A stretch of DNA of 64,000 nt from Arenicellales bacterium (GTDB lineage: Bacteria; Pseudomonadota; Gammaproteobacteria; Arenicellales; JAJDZL01): NCBI GenBank assembly GCA_965202615.1, contig OZ241837.1, positions 59,656 through 123,655 on the forward strand. Direction: 5' to 3'. Positions 40,269 to 51,347 of this stretch are shown here, in pieces. The position numbers and the translations under genes are program-made. The number at the start of each line of letters is the position of its first letter. Position 1 is the stretch's first letter. The notes under the pieces were generated by a model, which saw only the letters and a list, made by a program, of their open reading frames with translations, was not told where the DNA came from and made no database searches.

Positions 40269-41540
40269 CTAATGGATTGGCACGGTCGTGCCACCCTCAA
40301 GCAGGTAGTTCAAAGTCGAAAAACGTTCCAGTCCGTATCCTGTCGCCAGTGGATGAGGCTCATTGTTTGCAATCAAATGCGCGAACGTCATCCCGCCAGC
40401 CGGAATCGCCTTGAAACCACCCCACCAACCCGCACTGACGTAGAGTCCTCCAACCGATGTCGCGGATATGATCGGGCTGCCGTCCTGCGCAAATTCCAGT
40501 CCGCCTCCCCACTGTCTTAACAACTTCAGACGTCTGAATGAGGGGAATAGCTCAAGCAATCCCGACACGGTATCTTCCAGAACCGGTATCTTGCCGCCCT
40601 TTCTGAACGAGATTTGCTGCGCATCGGTCACGCCGCCGATCACCAGCTCCCCCTTGTCAGAATGGCTGAGGTAGACGCCGAGGTCGGGGCAGTTCACAAC
40701 GACATCAAGCACGGGTTTGATCGGCTCCGATACGAAGGCCTGCAAGTTGAAGGTCCTGAGCGGCAGGCTCAAATCCACAAAACCCGCCAGACGCGCATTT
40801 TCGTTGCCCGTTGCAATCGCGACTTTGTTCGTCGAAATGGTCCCGCGACTGGTCTCGAGTGCCGTCACACCCCCTGCACCATCCCGTCGGATGGCAGTAA
40901 CCTCAGCGTTTTGGATGATGTCCACCCCGTAGGCATCGGCGCCTCGCGCGTAGCCCCAAACGATCGCATCATGACGGGCTATTCCCGCCCGTTTTTGCAC
41001 TGAACCGCCCAGAATGGGCAAGCGGCAATTTTCCAGTGGCGCAAGTACCGGAATCCGTCGACGAACCTCATCAGCCGACAACATGCTGAACTCCACTCCC
41101 AACCGGCTCATGTTAAGCTGGCGCCGTCGCATGTTGCGCATGCTTGTATTGGTCAGCAACACGTCGACTTCACTGCGCTGACTGAGCATGATGTTGTAGT
41201 TGAGTTCCCGACTCAACCCCTCATAGAGACGCAATGACTCGTCAAAAAAACGAATGCTGGTGTCTCGCAGATAGTTGGATCGGACGACACCCGTGTTGCG
41301 GCCGCTGTTGCCACCGCCGATCCAGCTGCGCTCAAGTACCGCGACGTTGCGGATCCCGTGATTTTTTGCCAGGTAATAGGCGCTCGCCAGGCCGTGTCCG
41401 CCACCGCCGACAATGACAACGTCATAGTGAGATTTCGGTTCGGGATTGCGCCATGCTCTTTGCCAGTTGCGGTGACCGTCAAGCGCGCCACCGATCAAGC
41501 TGAATATGGAATAGCGCTGCTGCGGTTTCACAGCAATCAA
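40269..41540 (-). CDS. soxB: Sarcosine oxidase subunit beta-like (divergent)
   Basis: [52 protein letters not shown]. Confidence 0.88.
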   Translation of the reverse strand: MIAVKPQQRYSIFSLIGGALDGHRNWQRAWRNPEPKSHYDVVIVGGGGHGLASAYYLAKNHGIRNVAVLERSWIGGGNSGRNTGVVRSNYLRDTSIRFFDESLRLYEGLSRELNYNIMLSQRSEVDVLLTNTSMRNMRRRQLNMSRLGVEFSMLSADEVRRRIPVLAPLENCRLPILGGSVQKRAGIARHDAIVWGYARGADAYGVDIIQNAEVTAIRRDGAGGVTALETSRGTISTNKVAIATGNENARLAGFVDLSLPLRTFNLQAFVSEPIKPVLDVVVNCPDLGVYLSHSDKGELVIGGVTDAQQISFRKGGKIPVLEDTVSGLLELFPSFRRLKLLRQWGGGLEFAQDGSPIISATSVGGLYVSAGWWGGFKAIPAGGMTFAHLIANNEPHPLATGYGLERFSTLNYLLEGGTTVPIH

Positions 41541-42313
41541 TGCTGCAGGATCTGACTCAGGAAGAGCTCGGTTCGATCGCTCTTGGGATTGTTGAAGAAT
41601 TCCGCTGGCGGTGCGATTTCGACAATCTCGCCATGGTCCATGAAGACCATCGTGTCTGCAACCTGCTTGGCGAACCCCATCTCGTGCGTAACCACCATCA
41701 TGGTCATTCCGCCTTCGGCAAGCTCGACCATGATGTCCAGCACGCCGGAGATCATCTCCGGGTCCAGCGCGGAGGTCGGCTCATCGAAAAGCATGATCTC
41801 CGGTTGCATGCACAACGCGCGGGCAATGGCCACCCGTTGCTGCTGACCGCCGGAAAGCTGGCTCGGGTACTTCTTTGCCTGCTCGGCGATGCGCACTTTC
41901 TCAAGGTATTCCATCGCGGTTTCTTCGGCTTGTTTTTTTGAGACTTTCAAGTTGCGGATCGGACCCAGCATCAAGTTCTGAACCACGGTAACGTGAGGAA
42001 ACAGATTGAAATTCTGAAACACCATGCCGACTTTGCGACGAATGGACTGCATCGACTTTGGATCATTCTTGACGGGTTCGCCGTCGATCAGAATCTCTCC
42101 CGCCTCAAATGTCTCAAGCAGGTTGACACATCGGATCATTGTTGATTTGCCCGATCCCGAAGGACCGCAAACCACCACCCGTTCGCGCGCATGAACCGTC
42201 AGATTGATGTCCCACAAGGCACAAAAATCACCATACCATTTTCCAACACCGGAAAACTTAAGAAGCTCTTCTCGACCCAAATTGGGGTTTCTAATTTCAC
42301 TCGTGTCAGACAC
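41537..42313 (-). CDS. Polar amino-acid ABC transporter ATP-binding protein
   Basis: [35 protein letters not shown]. Confidence 0.95.
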   Translation of the reverse strand: MSDTSEIRNPNLGREELLKFSGVGKWYGDFCALWDINLTVHARERVVVCGPSGSGKSTMIRCVNLLETFEAGEILIDGEPVKNDPKSMQSIRRKVGMVFQNFNLFPHVTVVQNLMLGPIRNLKVSKKQAEETAMEYLEKVRIAEQAKKYPSQLSGGQQQRVAIARALCMQPEIMLFDEPTSALDPEMISGVLDIMVELAEGGMTMMVVTHEMGFAKQVADTMVFMDHGEIVEIAPPAEFFNNPKSDRTELFLSQILQH

Positions 42314-42322
42314 TTGAAACTC

Positions 42323-43234
42323 CTAGTGATTTTGAATTCCCAGTCCCACCCGTTCGAATCTCTGAAACAGAATGGCCAAGGGAAAGCACATCATGAAATA
42401 CAGTGCCGCAGTAATCATCCACGCTTCAAAAAAGTGTGTGGTCGTATTGGATACGTCCTGGGTCAGAAAGGTCAGCTCCTGCACAGAAATCAGCGAGACG
42501 ATGCTTGAATCCTTGACCAGCGTGATGAATTGTCCGGCAAGCGGCGGCAAAATGGTTTTCAGCGCCTGCGGCATAATCACATCGCGCAATACAAAAAACC
42601 GGGAAAGTCCAATCGCACGGGCCGCCTCCCACTGCCCTTTGCCAATCGATTGAATTCCGGCTCTTACAATCTCTGTAATATAGGCCCCTTCAAATACGGC
42701 AAGGCAGATCAGGCCGGCAAGAAAGTTGGTGAACAGATCGATCGGACCAAACAGCAATTCCATGACCGCAAGGGTGCCAGGTGAGACATTTCTACCCACC
42801 TGGTCAAGTCCCAGCAGTGGAATGATCTGGCCGCTGATGAAGAAATAAAAGACGAAGATAAAGACAACCGGCGGGATATTCCTGATCAATTCAACATACA
42901 GGCGGCTGCCGACCTTGAGAAACAGGTTGTTGCTGACTCGGCACAGTCCCATGACGATTCCGATTACGGCAGCAATCAAGGTCCCCCAGAAGGCCAGCCG
43001 CAACGTCATCGCGACGCCTTTCAGAAACAGGTTGGGGAATATTTCACCGGTTATTTCATCAACTCGAATGACGTACTCGAAAACCAGCGCCCAATCCCAG
43101 GTATAGACCAGGACATGCTCCACCCGGTAGTAGGTGTATACCACCACCGCAATCACAATGCTCAATATCGCAATATCAAGCAACGTGACCCGCCTGGTTT
43201 TTTCCACCGGAGGCGGCAGTCGAGCTTCACTCAT
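42323..43234 (-). CDS. Polar amino-acid ABC transporter permease
   Basis: YVELIRNIP, EIVRAGIQSI-KGQWEAA, KDSS. Confidence 0.93.
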   Translation of the reverse strand: MSEARLPPPVEKTRRVTLLDIAILSIVIAVVVYTYYRVEHVLVYTWDWALVFEYVIRVDEITGEIFPNLFLKGVAMTLRLAFWGTLIAAVIGIVMGLCRVSNNLFLKVGSRLYVELIRNIPPVVFIFVFYFFISGQIIPLLGLDQVGRNVSPGTLAVMELLFGPIDLFTNFLAGLICLAVFEGAYITEIVRAGIQSIGKGQWEAARAIGLSRFFVLRDVIMPQALKTILPPLAGQFITLVKDSSIVSLISVQELTFLTQDVSNTTTHFFEAWMITAALYFMMCFPLAILFQRFERVGLGIQNH

Positions 43235-43257
43235 GTCAAACCGTCAATTCAAAGTTA

Positions 43258-43289
43258 TGTGTTTCCCCGGCCAGTGCCGGGGAAACACA
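43258..43289 (-). terminator. Stem-loop after the substrate-binding protein gene (terminator or mRNA stabiliser)
   Basis: TGTGTTTCCCCGGC-CAGT-GCCGGGGAAACACA perfect 14-bp stem. Confidence 0.65.
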
Positions 43290-43304
43290 AAAGATCATGC
43301 AACC

Positions 43305-44129
43305 TTACTGTTCTTCTACCTGGTCTTTCCAAGTTTGCGCTTTGAACCAGAAGTCATGGCGCTCTTTCAGCCAACCGTTGCTCGTGTTCACGACAATCCA
43401 GTTGCTGAAGAAGTTGAGCGCATCCGGGTCTCCCTTGCGCAGTGCAAACGCTTCATCTCCAGTCGTCAAGTTCTCATCAGTCGGCATGAACAGCTTGCCT
43501 GGATAGTTGCCCATCCAGAAGCGAGGCTTTGGCGCCGATGAAATCATTGCATGCGCATTTCCATTGACGACCTCTTGAAATGCCTGGGCATCATCATCGA
43601 ATCGAGCAAGACTGGCCTTCGGGAAAATCTCCTGTGCCGCGTTGCAGGGTGTCGCGCCGCGACGACATGCAATGGTTACGTCTGCCGCATTGAAGTCTTC
43701 GACTGCGAACCCTTCTGCCAACTCAATACTGGCAACCATCTGTTGTCCTGAGTGCGCATAGGGCGCGGTGAAATTGACAGTCAGATTACGCCCCGGCGTG
43801 ATTGACATGCCGCCAATGATGACATCAAATTTTCGAGCGATCAAAGCGGGGATGATTCCAGACCACGCAGTGGGTACGAATTCGACTTCAACACCCATGT
43901 CTTTGGCGACTTTAGTCGCAACGTCGATTTCGAATCCGATCAGATTTCCCTGTTTGTCTCGCATGGCCCAAGGTACGAATGTGGACATGCCCACTCGAAG
44001 CGACCCGCGTTTTTTGATCTCTTCCAAAACGCTTTCAGCAGCAAGTTCCTGCGAAGCAGCGCCGGCCAGCGCGGAAAACGCGAGGGCAAACGCAGCAAAC
44101 ATAGTAACAATAGAGTTTTTAAGTTTCAT
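43305..44129 (-). CDS. Amino-acid ABC transporter substrate-binding protein (family 3)
   Basis: Signal peptide; LRVG..FVPW, GFEID, WSGIIPAL, GMSITPGR. Confidence 0.93.
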   Translation of the reverse strand: MKLKNSIVTMFAAFALAFSALAGAASQELAAESVLEEIKKRGSLRVGMSTFVPWAMRDKQGNLIGFEIDVATKVAKDMGVEVEFVPTAWSGIIPALIARKFDVIIGGMSITPGRNLTVNFTAPYAHSGQQMVASIELAEGFAVEDFNAADVTIACRRGATPCNAAQEIFPKASLARFDDDAQAFQEVVNGNAHAMISSAPKPRFWMGNYPGKLFMPTDENLTTGDEAFALRKGDPDALNFFSNWIVVNTSNGWLKERHDFWFKAQTWKDQVEEQ

Positions 44130-44159
44130 AGATTTATCTCTCCAATAAAGTGAATACCG

Positions 44160-45032
44160 TTATCGCCCGCGCATAGCTCTTGACTCCATCCACGAAACAA
44201 ATAACGAAAGTGATACAGTCACGACGAGATATATCCCGGCAACCGTAAACCAAATTTCGAAAGCCATAAATGTTTCCGAAATAATGTTCAATCCTTCGGT
44301 CGTCAAATCGGCGACCGCAATCACACTGACAATTGCCGAATGCTTGATCAAATTAATGATCAGCCCGGTCATTGGCGGCAGAATGATTGGAACCGCCTGC
44401 GGCAAAATGATGTCCCGATAGGTGTTGAAGCGTCCGAATCCCAGCGCTTTCGCCGCTTCCGACTGGCCGCGGGGAACCGATTGTATTCCCGCCCGTATGA
44501 TCTCAGCCGCAAACGACCCTTCAAAAAAACTCAAACACAACACTCCGGTCCAGAACCTGTCTATGCCTGCGATGGGGGCGACGATGAAATAGAACAGGAA
44601 CAGCTGCACCAGCAACGGCGTGTTTCGAATCATCTCAAGGTAGATGTTCGCAAGCAATTTTCCTGAAAAAGAATTAGACATCCGCAATAGTGCAGTCACC
44701 AGCCCGATCAACACGGTCAGCACCATACTGACCGCTGTAATTTCGAAGGTAACCATGAGCCCTTTCATCAACTGGCCCCAGATCAACTCACCGTCGATGA
44801 CGCGATAAATGAACTGGTCAACCCGATACCACTGCCAGTTGTACTGCATCGCCTGTGCACCTTTATAAATGACCCAGACGGTCAAACCCCCCAATAACAA
44901 TAACTGGGCGATATCAATCAGGGGCGACTTGCGGGTAAAAATCAAGCCCGGTGCAGGTGGGCGAATTTTATGGCCTGCCGAAGTAGGAGCGGGTTTCTTA
45001 AACATGAAGTCGAGGAATTGAACGACAGACAA
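44160..45032 (-). CDS. Polar amino-acid ABC transporter permease
   Basis: IRNTPLLVQ, EIIRAGIQSVPRGQSEAA. Confidence 0.92.
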   Translation of the reverse strand: MSVVQFLDFMFKKPAPTSAGHKIRPPAPGLIFTRKSPLIDIAQLLLLGGLTVWVIYKGAQAMQYNWQWYRVDQFIYRVIDGELIWGQLMKGLMVTFEITAVSMVLTVLIGLVTALLRMSNSFSGKLLANIYLEMIRNTPLLVQLFLFYFIVAPIAGIDRFWTGVLCLSFFEGSFAAEIIRAGIQSVPRGQSEAAKALGFGRFNTYRDIILPQAVPIILPPMTGLIINLIKHSAIVSVIAVADLTTEGLNIISETFMAFEIWFTVAGIYLVVTVSLSLFVSWMESRAMRGR

Positions 45033-45140
45033 TAATTGCTGGTATTCTCAGAACCTTTGCAAATGGGACTACAAAGTATCTTATTTATTGAGCGTTAATG
45101 CAAGTTGCGAAAATTGGATGGTTTTCAGAAGCGATTCAGC

Positions 45141-45728
45141 TCAATTCGATGATCCTTCTTGCAATCGCTTCGTCAGCGCTTCTCGGAAAATGGACCGGGA
45201 CTCTTCGCTGTGAAGTGCGGCGTAGTTCAGCGGGTAGAATTCACCGGGTTCGACGTGCATGCATACAAATACCGGACCGGTCAAAGTCAATATCCCGCCA
45301 ATTTCCGAATCAAAGTCGGCAAGATCACTGAACGAAAACGCATGTCGGTAACCGGCTGCCAGCGCCATCTTGTCGAATTCAATGCGGTCTGCCCCTGGAA
45401 TCGGAAACGCGCCATTGACTTCGTACATGTCGTTTTGGCTGACGAAATGACACAAATTCTTTGGCGCAATGTTGGCGATTGTAACCAGCGAACCGAGGTT
45501 CATCAGCAGACTGCCGTCGCCGTCGAGAACGACCACTTTCTCATGCGGTGCGCCAAGTGCCAGTCCCAAGCCGTGCGAGGATGCCTGCCCCATCGCTCCG
45601 GTACAGAAATAGTTCAACGGATGCGGACGGATCTTCATCCAGTCAAATGCGGTCTGATAAACAGCCACGGCGATTCCGTCCGGATAGTGCCGAGCCAAAA
45701 CCCGCAGCGCTTCATCGCGTTTCATCAT
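45141..45728 (-). CDS. TPP-dependent decarboxylase beta subunit (sulfopyruvate/phosphonopyruvate decarboxylase ComE-like)
   Basis: GAMGQASSHGLGLAL, DGDGSLLMNLGSL, N..Y. Confidence 0.85.
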   Translation of the reverse strand: MMKRDEALRVLARHYPDGIAVAVYQTAFDWMKIRPHPLNYFCTGAMGQASSHGLGLALGAPHEKVVVLDGDGSLLMNLGSLVTIANIAPKNLCHFVSQNDMYEVNGAFPIPGADRIEFDKMALAAGYRHAFSFSDLADFDSEIGGILTLTGPVFVCMHVEPGEFYPLNYAALHSEESRSIFREALTKRLQEGSSN

Positions 45729-45735
45729 CTTGCAG

Positions 45736-46242
45736 TCAGACCGGCGGGCGGGAAACAAAAATAACACATGGGGATGATGTCTCGTACGCTTGATCAATGA
45801 AATCCCGAATTAGAGCCGCATCTCCTTCACCGTCGATTTCCGCGTGTTTCAGCGTTAACGCATTGCAGATCGGAACGAGCGAACGGATGCCGATAATTCG
45901 CGACTCAGTGGAACGGACTTCGGGTTCAATTCCCTGCAAACCGACGATCATCACAACCGGCAACTGGTAATTCACTGCAATCGCGCGAATCGCATTGATC
46001 GAATCCAGGAATCCTGTATGCTGAATCAGCAGTACTGCCCGATGCCCGCAATAGGAAAGGCTGGCACAGATGGATACCCCTTCATCTTCCTTGCATACCG
46101 GAATGAACATGAACTTGGATTGCGATGAGATCGGCCAAAGCACTGTCTCACAAGTAACAATGTCGGGCAGTGCGACAACCGACTGGACGCTGGCCGCCTC
46201 GAATGCTTCAATAATGGACGAACCTTTAAGCACAGATGACAT
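45736..46242 (-). CDS. TPP-dependent decarboxylase alpha subunit (ComD-like)
   Basis: VALPD, VCKEDEGVSICA, LIQHTGFLDSINA. Confidence 0.8.
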   Translation of the reverse strand: MSSVLKGSSIIEAFEAASVQSVVALPDIVTCETVLWPISSQSKFMFIPVCKEDEGVSICASLSYCGHRAVLLIQHTGFLDSINAIRAIAVNYQLPVVMIVGLQGIEPEVRSTESRIIGIRSLVPICNALTLKHAEIDGEGDAALIRDFIDQAYETSSPCVIFVSRPPV

Positions 46243-46261
46243 GTTCAATTGGGGCCGAAAA

Positions 46262-47350
46262 TTACGAACGACTGAACAGTGTGAGAATGGTTTGGGCAAC
46301 TTCGTCCATTTGTGATTCCGTTCCGATTGTAAAACGAATGCAGTCCGAGAATGCTTTCGCTGTCTGCCTGCGGGCAAAGATTCCGTGATTGATCAACTGG
46401 CGGTGCAACTCAGCAGCGGATAGCCCGTCGCCAGAAAATTTCGCAAGTAAAAAGTTGGTTTGCGATGGATAAACGAGTGCACCGACTTGATCAAGCGTTG
46501 ACTTGAACTCAGTCCTGCCGTTTCTATTGCGATCAAAAACATCCTGCAGGTGCGTCTTGTCCGCAAGCGCAAGCTTGCCGCACTCAAATGCAATATTGGA
46601 CAATGGGAAAGTCAAGCCAATCCGCCGAATCGCATCAGCGATTCTGTGTGGCGCATAGAGCCATCCCAATCGAATTCCTGCCAGCCCGTATATTTTGGAA
46701 AAAGTACGAGTCATCGCGACGTTTTCAAATTCTTCAACGAGCGCAGCGGGGTTCTCAAATTCAGGGTCATCAACATATTCCAGGTATGCTGAATCCAGTA
46801 TCAGCAGTACGTTTTCAGGCAGTCCTGCGTGCAATTGCCTGATTTCCCGGCCTTTCAGCCAAGTGCCAGTGGGATTGTCCGGGTTGGCAATCATCACGAT
46901 ACGGGTGCGTTCGGTAACGCAATTCAAAATTCCATCAACATCGACTCTGAATTCATCATCAGGCGCCAGAATCGGCACGGCATCGTTGGCCAAGGCATAG
47001 TTTGGGAATTTTTGGTATCCGTTGACACTGCATATCAATTCATCCCCAGGTTGAAGAAATGCCCGGGCCAGTCGGGCAAGCAAATCATCCGAGCCATTGC
47101 CGCATACAACTCCCGCGGGATCAAGCGCGTTGTTATCTGCGATATGTCGGCTCAGCGAGATTTCTGCGCCATCCGCGTATCGTTCCATGCAGCTGGCACC
47201 CTCAATGGCAATCGAAATGGCTGAGGGACTCGGACCGAATGCGCTTTCGTTCGACCCGATGTTGATACGAATACTCGCGAGCGCAGCGGGGTCCGCCGAA
47301 AGCATGTGGGGCCTGATATTCAGCAGACCGGGACGCAATTCTGGGTTCAT
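46262..47350 (-). CDS. Class I/II PLP aminotransferase (HisC-like)
   Basis: SNESAFGPSP, GNGSDDL, ANPDNPTG, D-AY-EY, RTFSKIYGLAGIRLG. Confidence 0.9.
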   Translation of the reverse strand: MNPELRPGLLNIRPHMLSADPAALASIRINIGSNESAFGPSPSAISIAIEGASCMERYADGAEISLSRHIADNNALDPAGVVCGNGSDDLLARLARAFLQPGDELICSVNGYQKFPNYALANDAVPILAPDDEFRVDVDGILNCVTERTRIVMIANPDNPTGTWLKGREIRQLHAGLPENVLLILDSAYLEYVDDPEFENPAALVEEFENVAMTRTFSKIYGLAGIRLGWLYAPHRIADAIRRIGLTFPLSNIAFECGKLALADKTHLQDVFDRNRNGRTEFKSTLDQVGALVYPSQTNFLLAKFSGDGLSAAELHRQLINHGIFARRQTAKAFSDCIRFTIGTESQMDEVAQTILTLFSRS

Positions 47351-47592
47351 GTCAAACAGCAGCTGGAAATGAGAAACAACTGAATTGCAGTATTTGAAAG
47401 CACGTTTTGCCAAGTAGTGTTGGAATCGCACGACGGTCGCATCGACCGCGCACTGCGGCAATTTTACAACCTCAACAAATCAGGCGTTTTCAAAACATTC
47501 CGATCCAAATTGGGTTGGCCAGTGTCACGGCATCAACGATCTTCGGTGCAATCAGTCATAGAATCTTCACAAGACTGCGCATGTATCAAGGC

Positions 47593-48750
47593 TCAATAGG
47601 ACCTTGGCAAACCCAGAACATGCTCGGCAATATAACTCAGAATCAGATTGGTGGAGATCGGGGCGATTTGATAGAGCCTGGTTTCGCGGAATTTCCGTTC
47701 CACATCGAATTCTTCCGCAAAGCCGAAGCCACCATGGGTTTGCAGACAGGTTTCCGCCGCTTCCCACGACGCGTCGGCTGCCAGCATTTTAGCCATGTTG
47801 GCCTCCTCACCAGGGTTTTCACCGTCATCGTAAAGTCTTGCCGCTTCCTTGAGCATCAGTTCAGCTGCACGCATTCCGGCATAGGCTTTGGCAATCGGAA
47901 ACTGAATTCCCTGGTTTTGTCCGATCGGTCGATTGAAGACGTTGCGGTCCTTGGCATACGAAACCGATTTTTCTATAAACCATTTCGCATCCCCAATACA
48001 TTCGGCTGCAATCAGTATGCGTTCGGCATTCATGCCGGACAGAATATATTGAAAGCCTTTGCCTTCCTCACCGATCAAGGCATCTGTCGGCACTTCCATA
48101 TCCTCAAAAAACACCTCGGTAGTGGAGTGGTTCATCATGGTACGAACTGGGCGAATTGTCAGTTGCGACTCAGGGATGGCTCGCATGTCGATCAGCATGA
48201 CGGATAACCCGTCTGAACGCTTTTTGACTTGAGTCATTGAAGTAGTGCGGCAAAGCAACAGCAGCAGGTCAGAGTGTTCAATTCGTGATGTCCAAATTTT
48301 CTGGCCGTTGATGATGTAGCGGTCATCTGTGCGTACCGCAGTGGTACGCAATGAAGACATGTCAGTGCCACTGGTTGGCTCGGTTACCCCGAATGCTTGC
48401 AGCCGAATTGAACCGTCTGCGATACCGGGAAGGTATTTCGCCATCTGTTGTTCTGAGCCGTGGCGCAAAATTGTACCCATGGTATACATCTGGGCATGGC
48501 AAGCGGCTGCATTGCCGCCTGAACGGTGAATCTCCTCAAGTATGGCGGCCGCGGCAGCAATCGGCAATTCGAATCCATCGTATCGCCGCGGGATGAGTAC
48601 TGCAAGATATCCGGATTGCGTCAGCGCCTTGACGAATTCATGGGGGTATTCACGGTTTCGATCACAATTTCGCCAATATTCGGAATTGAATTTGCGGCAC
48701 AGTTTGCGGACACCATCGCGAATGTCCCGATGATCAGTTTTGTAGTTCAT
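47593..48750 (-). CDS. Acyl-CoA dehydrogenase family protein
   Basis: AFGVTEPTSGTD, INGQKIWTS, MNAERI, QTHGGFGFA-E-DVERKFRE. Confidence 0.93.
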   Translation of the reverse strand: MNYKTDHRDIRDGVRKLCRKFNSEYWRNCDRNREYPHEFVKALTQSGYLAVLIPRRYDGFELPIAAAAAILEEIHRSGGNAAACHAQMYTMGTILRHGSEQQMAKYLPGIADGSIRLQAFGVTEPTSGTDMSSLRTTAVRTDDRYIINGQKIWTSRIEHSDLLLLLCRTTSMTQVKKRSDGLSVMLIDMRAIPESQLTIRPVRTMMNHSTTEVFFEDMEVPTDALIGEEGKGFQYILSGMNAERILIAAECIGDAKWFIEKSVSYAKDRNVFNRPIGQNQGIQFPIAKAYAGMRAAELMLKEAARLYDDGENPGEEANMAKMLAADASWEAAETCLQTHGGFGFAEEFDVERKFRETRLYQIAPISTNLILSYIAEHVLGLPRSY

Positions 48751-49273
48751 TCAAATTGATACTTAAGGTGCCTGAATTTCTATTTCAGGTCGAATTGTAT
48801 TTTGTCGTGGCAGAGATTCAATTTACATCTCTTGCTTGTTCAGCAATCGCGCCGGCCGTGCCCTGGACCGATACTGGAGCACGCTATACCGACAATGGCC
48901 AAACGACAAATATGAATTGACTGGTTCGTCCTTTCAATGTCAATATGGTTGAATCATCGTTGACTTCCTAAACCTCGCTAACATGGACAACGTAAGGATA
49001 GTGGCGCCGCGAAAGTATCTGCTTGAATCTTGCTGGATGATCCGGTATGCAACAAGAAGGTCTTTTTCTGGTCGTCAAGCCATTGATTTTAAGCGCAAAT
49101 TTCAGAGCCAGAATGTTTGGTTACCCCACAATTTCGCGCTCAAAGCTTACTGCATGTGCGGCTGGATGAAGGTGAGTCTATGGTGTGATATACCTGCCGC
49201 AATTCGCTTGCCTGTGCTCGCTGAACCCTTCCTGAACTATGGAAAATATCGTCCAGCGAAAATGTCACGGAAA

Positions 49274-49489
49274 TTAGTTTGAATTCTTATTTCCGTTTTC
49301 CAGCTCTTCGACCTCTTTCGCACTCATTTGGGTATATTTGCAGATGAAATCCTGACTCATCCCGTCCCGCAGCATTCGCTCGGCAGTTTCCTGGCAACCT
49401 TCCCGCCAGCCTTCCCGCCAGCCTTCCTGCCAGCCTTCCTGCCAACCTAACTGTTTAGGAATATCCCATCCTTCCAATGCTTCAACCAT
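49274..49489 (-). CDS. Orphan Rpn C-terminal small protein (RpnS-like), 71 aa
   Basis: MVEALEGWDIPKQLG(W-EG)4..AERMLRDG..ICKYTQMS; GAGGAAGG RBS upstream of ATG 49489. Confidence 0.7.
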   Translation of the reverse strand: MVEALEGWDIPKQLGWQEGWQEGWREGWREGCQETAERMLRDGMSQDFICKYTQMSAKEVEELENGNKNSN

Positions 49490-49652
49490 GACTTTACCTT
49501 CCTCTAAAAATTGCATAACCAAAGATTGCCGCATGAGCAGCTGGATCAAGGTAAGTGCAGGGTGCGAAATACCTGCTGCAATTCACTTGCCTGTGCTCGC
49601 TGAACTCACCCTGAACTATGGAAGATATCGCCCAGCGAAAATATCTCGGAAT

Positions 49653-50720
49653 CTAGTTTGAGTTTTTATTTCCGTTTTCCAGATCTTCGATTTCCTCTGC
49701 GCTCATTTGGGTATATTTGCAGATGAAATCCTGATCAATCCCGTCCCGCAACATTCGCTCGGCAATCTCCTGCCTGGATTCGATGAGACCTTTTTGGAGA
49801 CCTTCCTGGAGACCTTCCTGGAGACCTTTTCGGAGACCTTTTCGGAGACCTTTTTGGAGACCTTCCTGGAGACCTTCTTGGCGACCTAACTGTTTAGGAA
49901 TATCCCATCCTTCCAATGCTTCAACCATGACTTTGCCTTCCTGTAAATATTGCATACCCAATTCTTTCAGTTTGTTAATTGTAACCTCGTTGTGATAGTG
50001 GTGCAAGTAACCCAGTACCGGCACCAATACCTTGTCGAGCGTTTTGTCGTCAAATTTAGAACACAATTTAACTAGGTTGTGCGCGGTTTTCCGATCAATG
50101 TGTCGGGACGCTTTGCCCATCGCATACCAGCCCAGCGCCGAGGGATAGTTCGACTTCAACAGTCGCTTCTGTACCTGTGGATCGCGCAGATTCAAAATCA
50201 CCACATTGAAATTCATCACCGAGTCGCCGTAAACTCGCCAAAACTCATCATTCGAATCCGTCAGCCAGTTGCGAAATTGCAACACACCATTTTTTCCAGC
50301 TGGCTGGCCATTGTTGATCAGCACCGTGACCACCGGGGAATTTTGTCGTTCGTACAAGCCGACCTGATAGCGTAACAATTGAAGCATCAGTTCGTGTTCG
50401 TCGATGCGTGATTTGTGCTCAAGCAAAAACCGTACTGTCAGCTTGTCTCGTGTATTCAGCCGCGGAACCTGAATCACCGTGTCCGCCACTTGGATTCGCA
50501 ATTCGTGTGAGCGTAAATCAGTGGACAGCAGTGTCGTTTCATCCGGGTTAATGAAACTCAGATGCTCTTCCGAAAACGTCAGCTTCAGCACATCACCCTG
50601 GCACTGCTGCCATCCAATCAGTGTGCCAAACAGCCAGTTATGGTTACAAACGACAGGATTATCGGAACCCGCTGCCGATGGTTGATCTCGCAAATCTACT
50701 ACCTCCTGATTGGATCTCAT
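49653..50720 (-). CDS. Rpn/YhgA-like PD-(D/E)XK nuclease, full length, with probable internal RpnS start at 49928
   Basis: ADTVIQV..FLLEHKS..LQLLRY; C-terminal (LxEG/LxKG) repeats and IAERML; AGGAAGG before the internal ATG. Confidence 0.82.
   Translation of the reverse strand: MRSNQEVVDLRDQPSAAGSDNPVVCNHNWLFGTLIGWQQCQGDVLKLTFSEEHLSFINPDETTLLSTDLRSHELRIQVADTVIQVPRLNTRDKLTVRFLLEHKSRIDEHELMLQLLRYQVGLYERQNSPVVTVLINNGQPAGKNGVLQFRNWLTDSNDEFWRVYGDSVMNFNVVILNLRDPQVQKRLLKSNYPSALGWYAMGKASRHIDRKTAHNLVKLCSKFDDKTLDKVLVPVLGYLHHYHNEVTINKLKELGMQYLQEGKVMVEALEGWDIPKQLGRQEGLQEGLQKGLRKGLRKGLQEGLQEGLQKGLIESRQEIAERMLRDGIDQDFICKYTQMSAEEIEDLENGNKNSN
49785..49880. repeat. Eight tandem 12-bp units GAGACCTTYYYG encoding the Rpn xQEG/xxKG repeats
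   Basis: Read directly from the sequence. Confidence 0.95.
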
Positions 50721-51347
50721 TCAATCTGTGTGCAGTCGTTGCAACGCGCCGCCGGTGCGCATCAGGCACCAAAGCTAAGCGCTTGGCAACGGACTCAGAA
50801 TAATGTCGATCTGCCAGTTTCGATTAACGAGCTGTGAGGGTGGCAGCTAGAGGCCCGCAATTGGGCGCGACACTTTTTTGTCAAAGCAAATATGTCCAAC
50901 AGACAACTGAACCCTTAACCATCCGCGTTCAGCCTGTCGGTTGTCGGTTGACGAGTTGATCTGAAACAACAAGACAAACTCAGCAATTAACATGGGTTCG
51001 TTTTCGTTATATTCAAGTTGTGATTGGCAACCATTTCGATTTTTTTTGTCACGTGAAATTCAAATTTCCGCTTACGGAAACTCGTGAACCAGAAACTATG
51101 CCTCGAAGAATCTGTATCCAGATCGGAAATGAGGTCTTTTCCAGGTAATCAAGCCATTGATTTTCGGCGTGAATCACAGAGCCTCAATGTTCGGTTAACC
51201 CGCAATTTCGCGTAAAAAAGCTTGCTGTATGTGCGGCTGGATCAAGGTGAGTGTGGGGTGAGATATACCGCCGCAATTCGATTGCCAGAGTTCGCTGAAC
51301 CCACCCTGAACCATGGAAGATATCGCCCAGCTAAAATGTCTCGGAAT

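Noticed and set aside
48983..49282. 99-aa ORF in the repeated rpn downstream region, considered as an antisense partner
   Set aside because: No family features; its start lies outside the repeated segment, so it is not a conserved part of the cassette.
49785..49880. Short tandem repeats (also 62810-62919) considered as CRISPR arrays
   Set aside because: Periods of 12 and 22 bp, no 25-45 bp unique spacers, no cas genes; the 12-mers are coding repeats.
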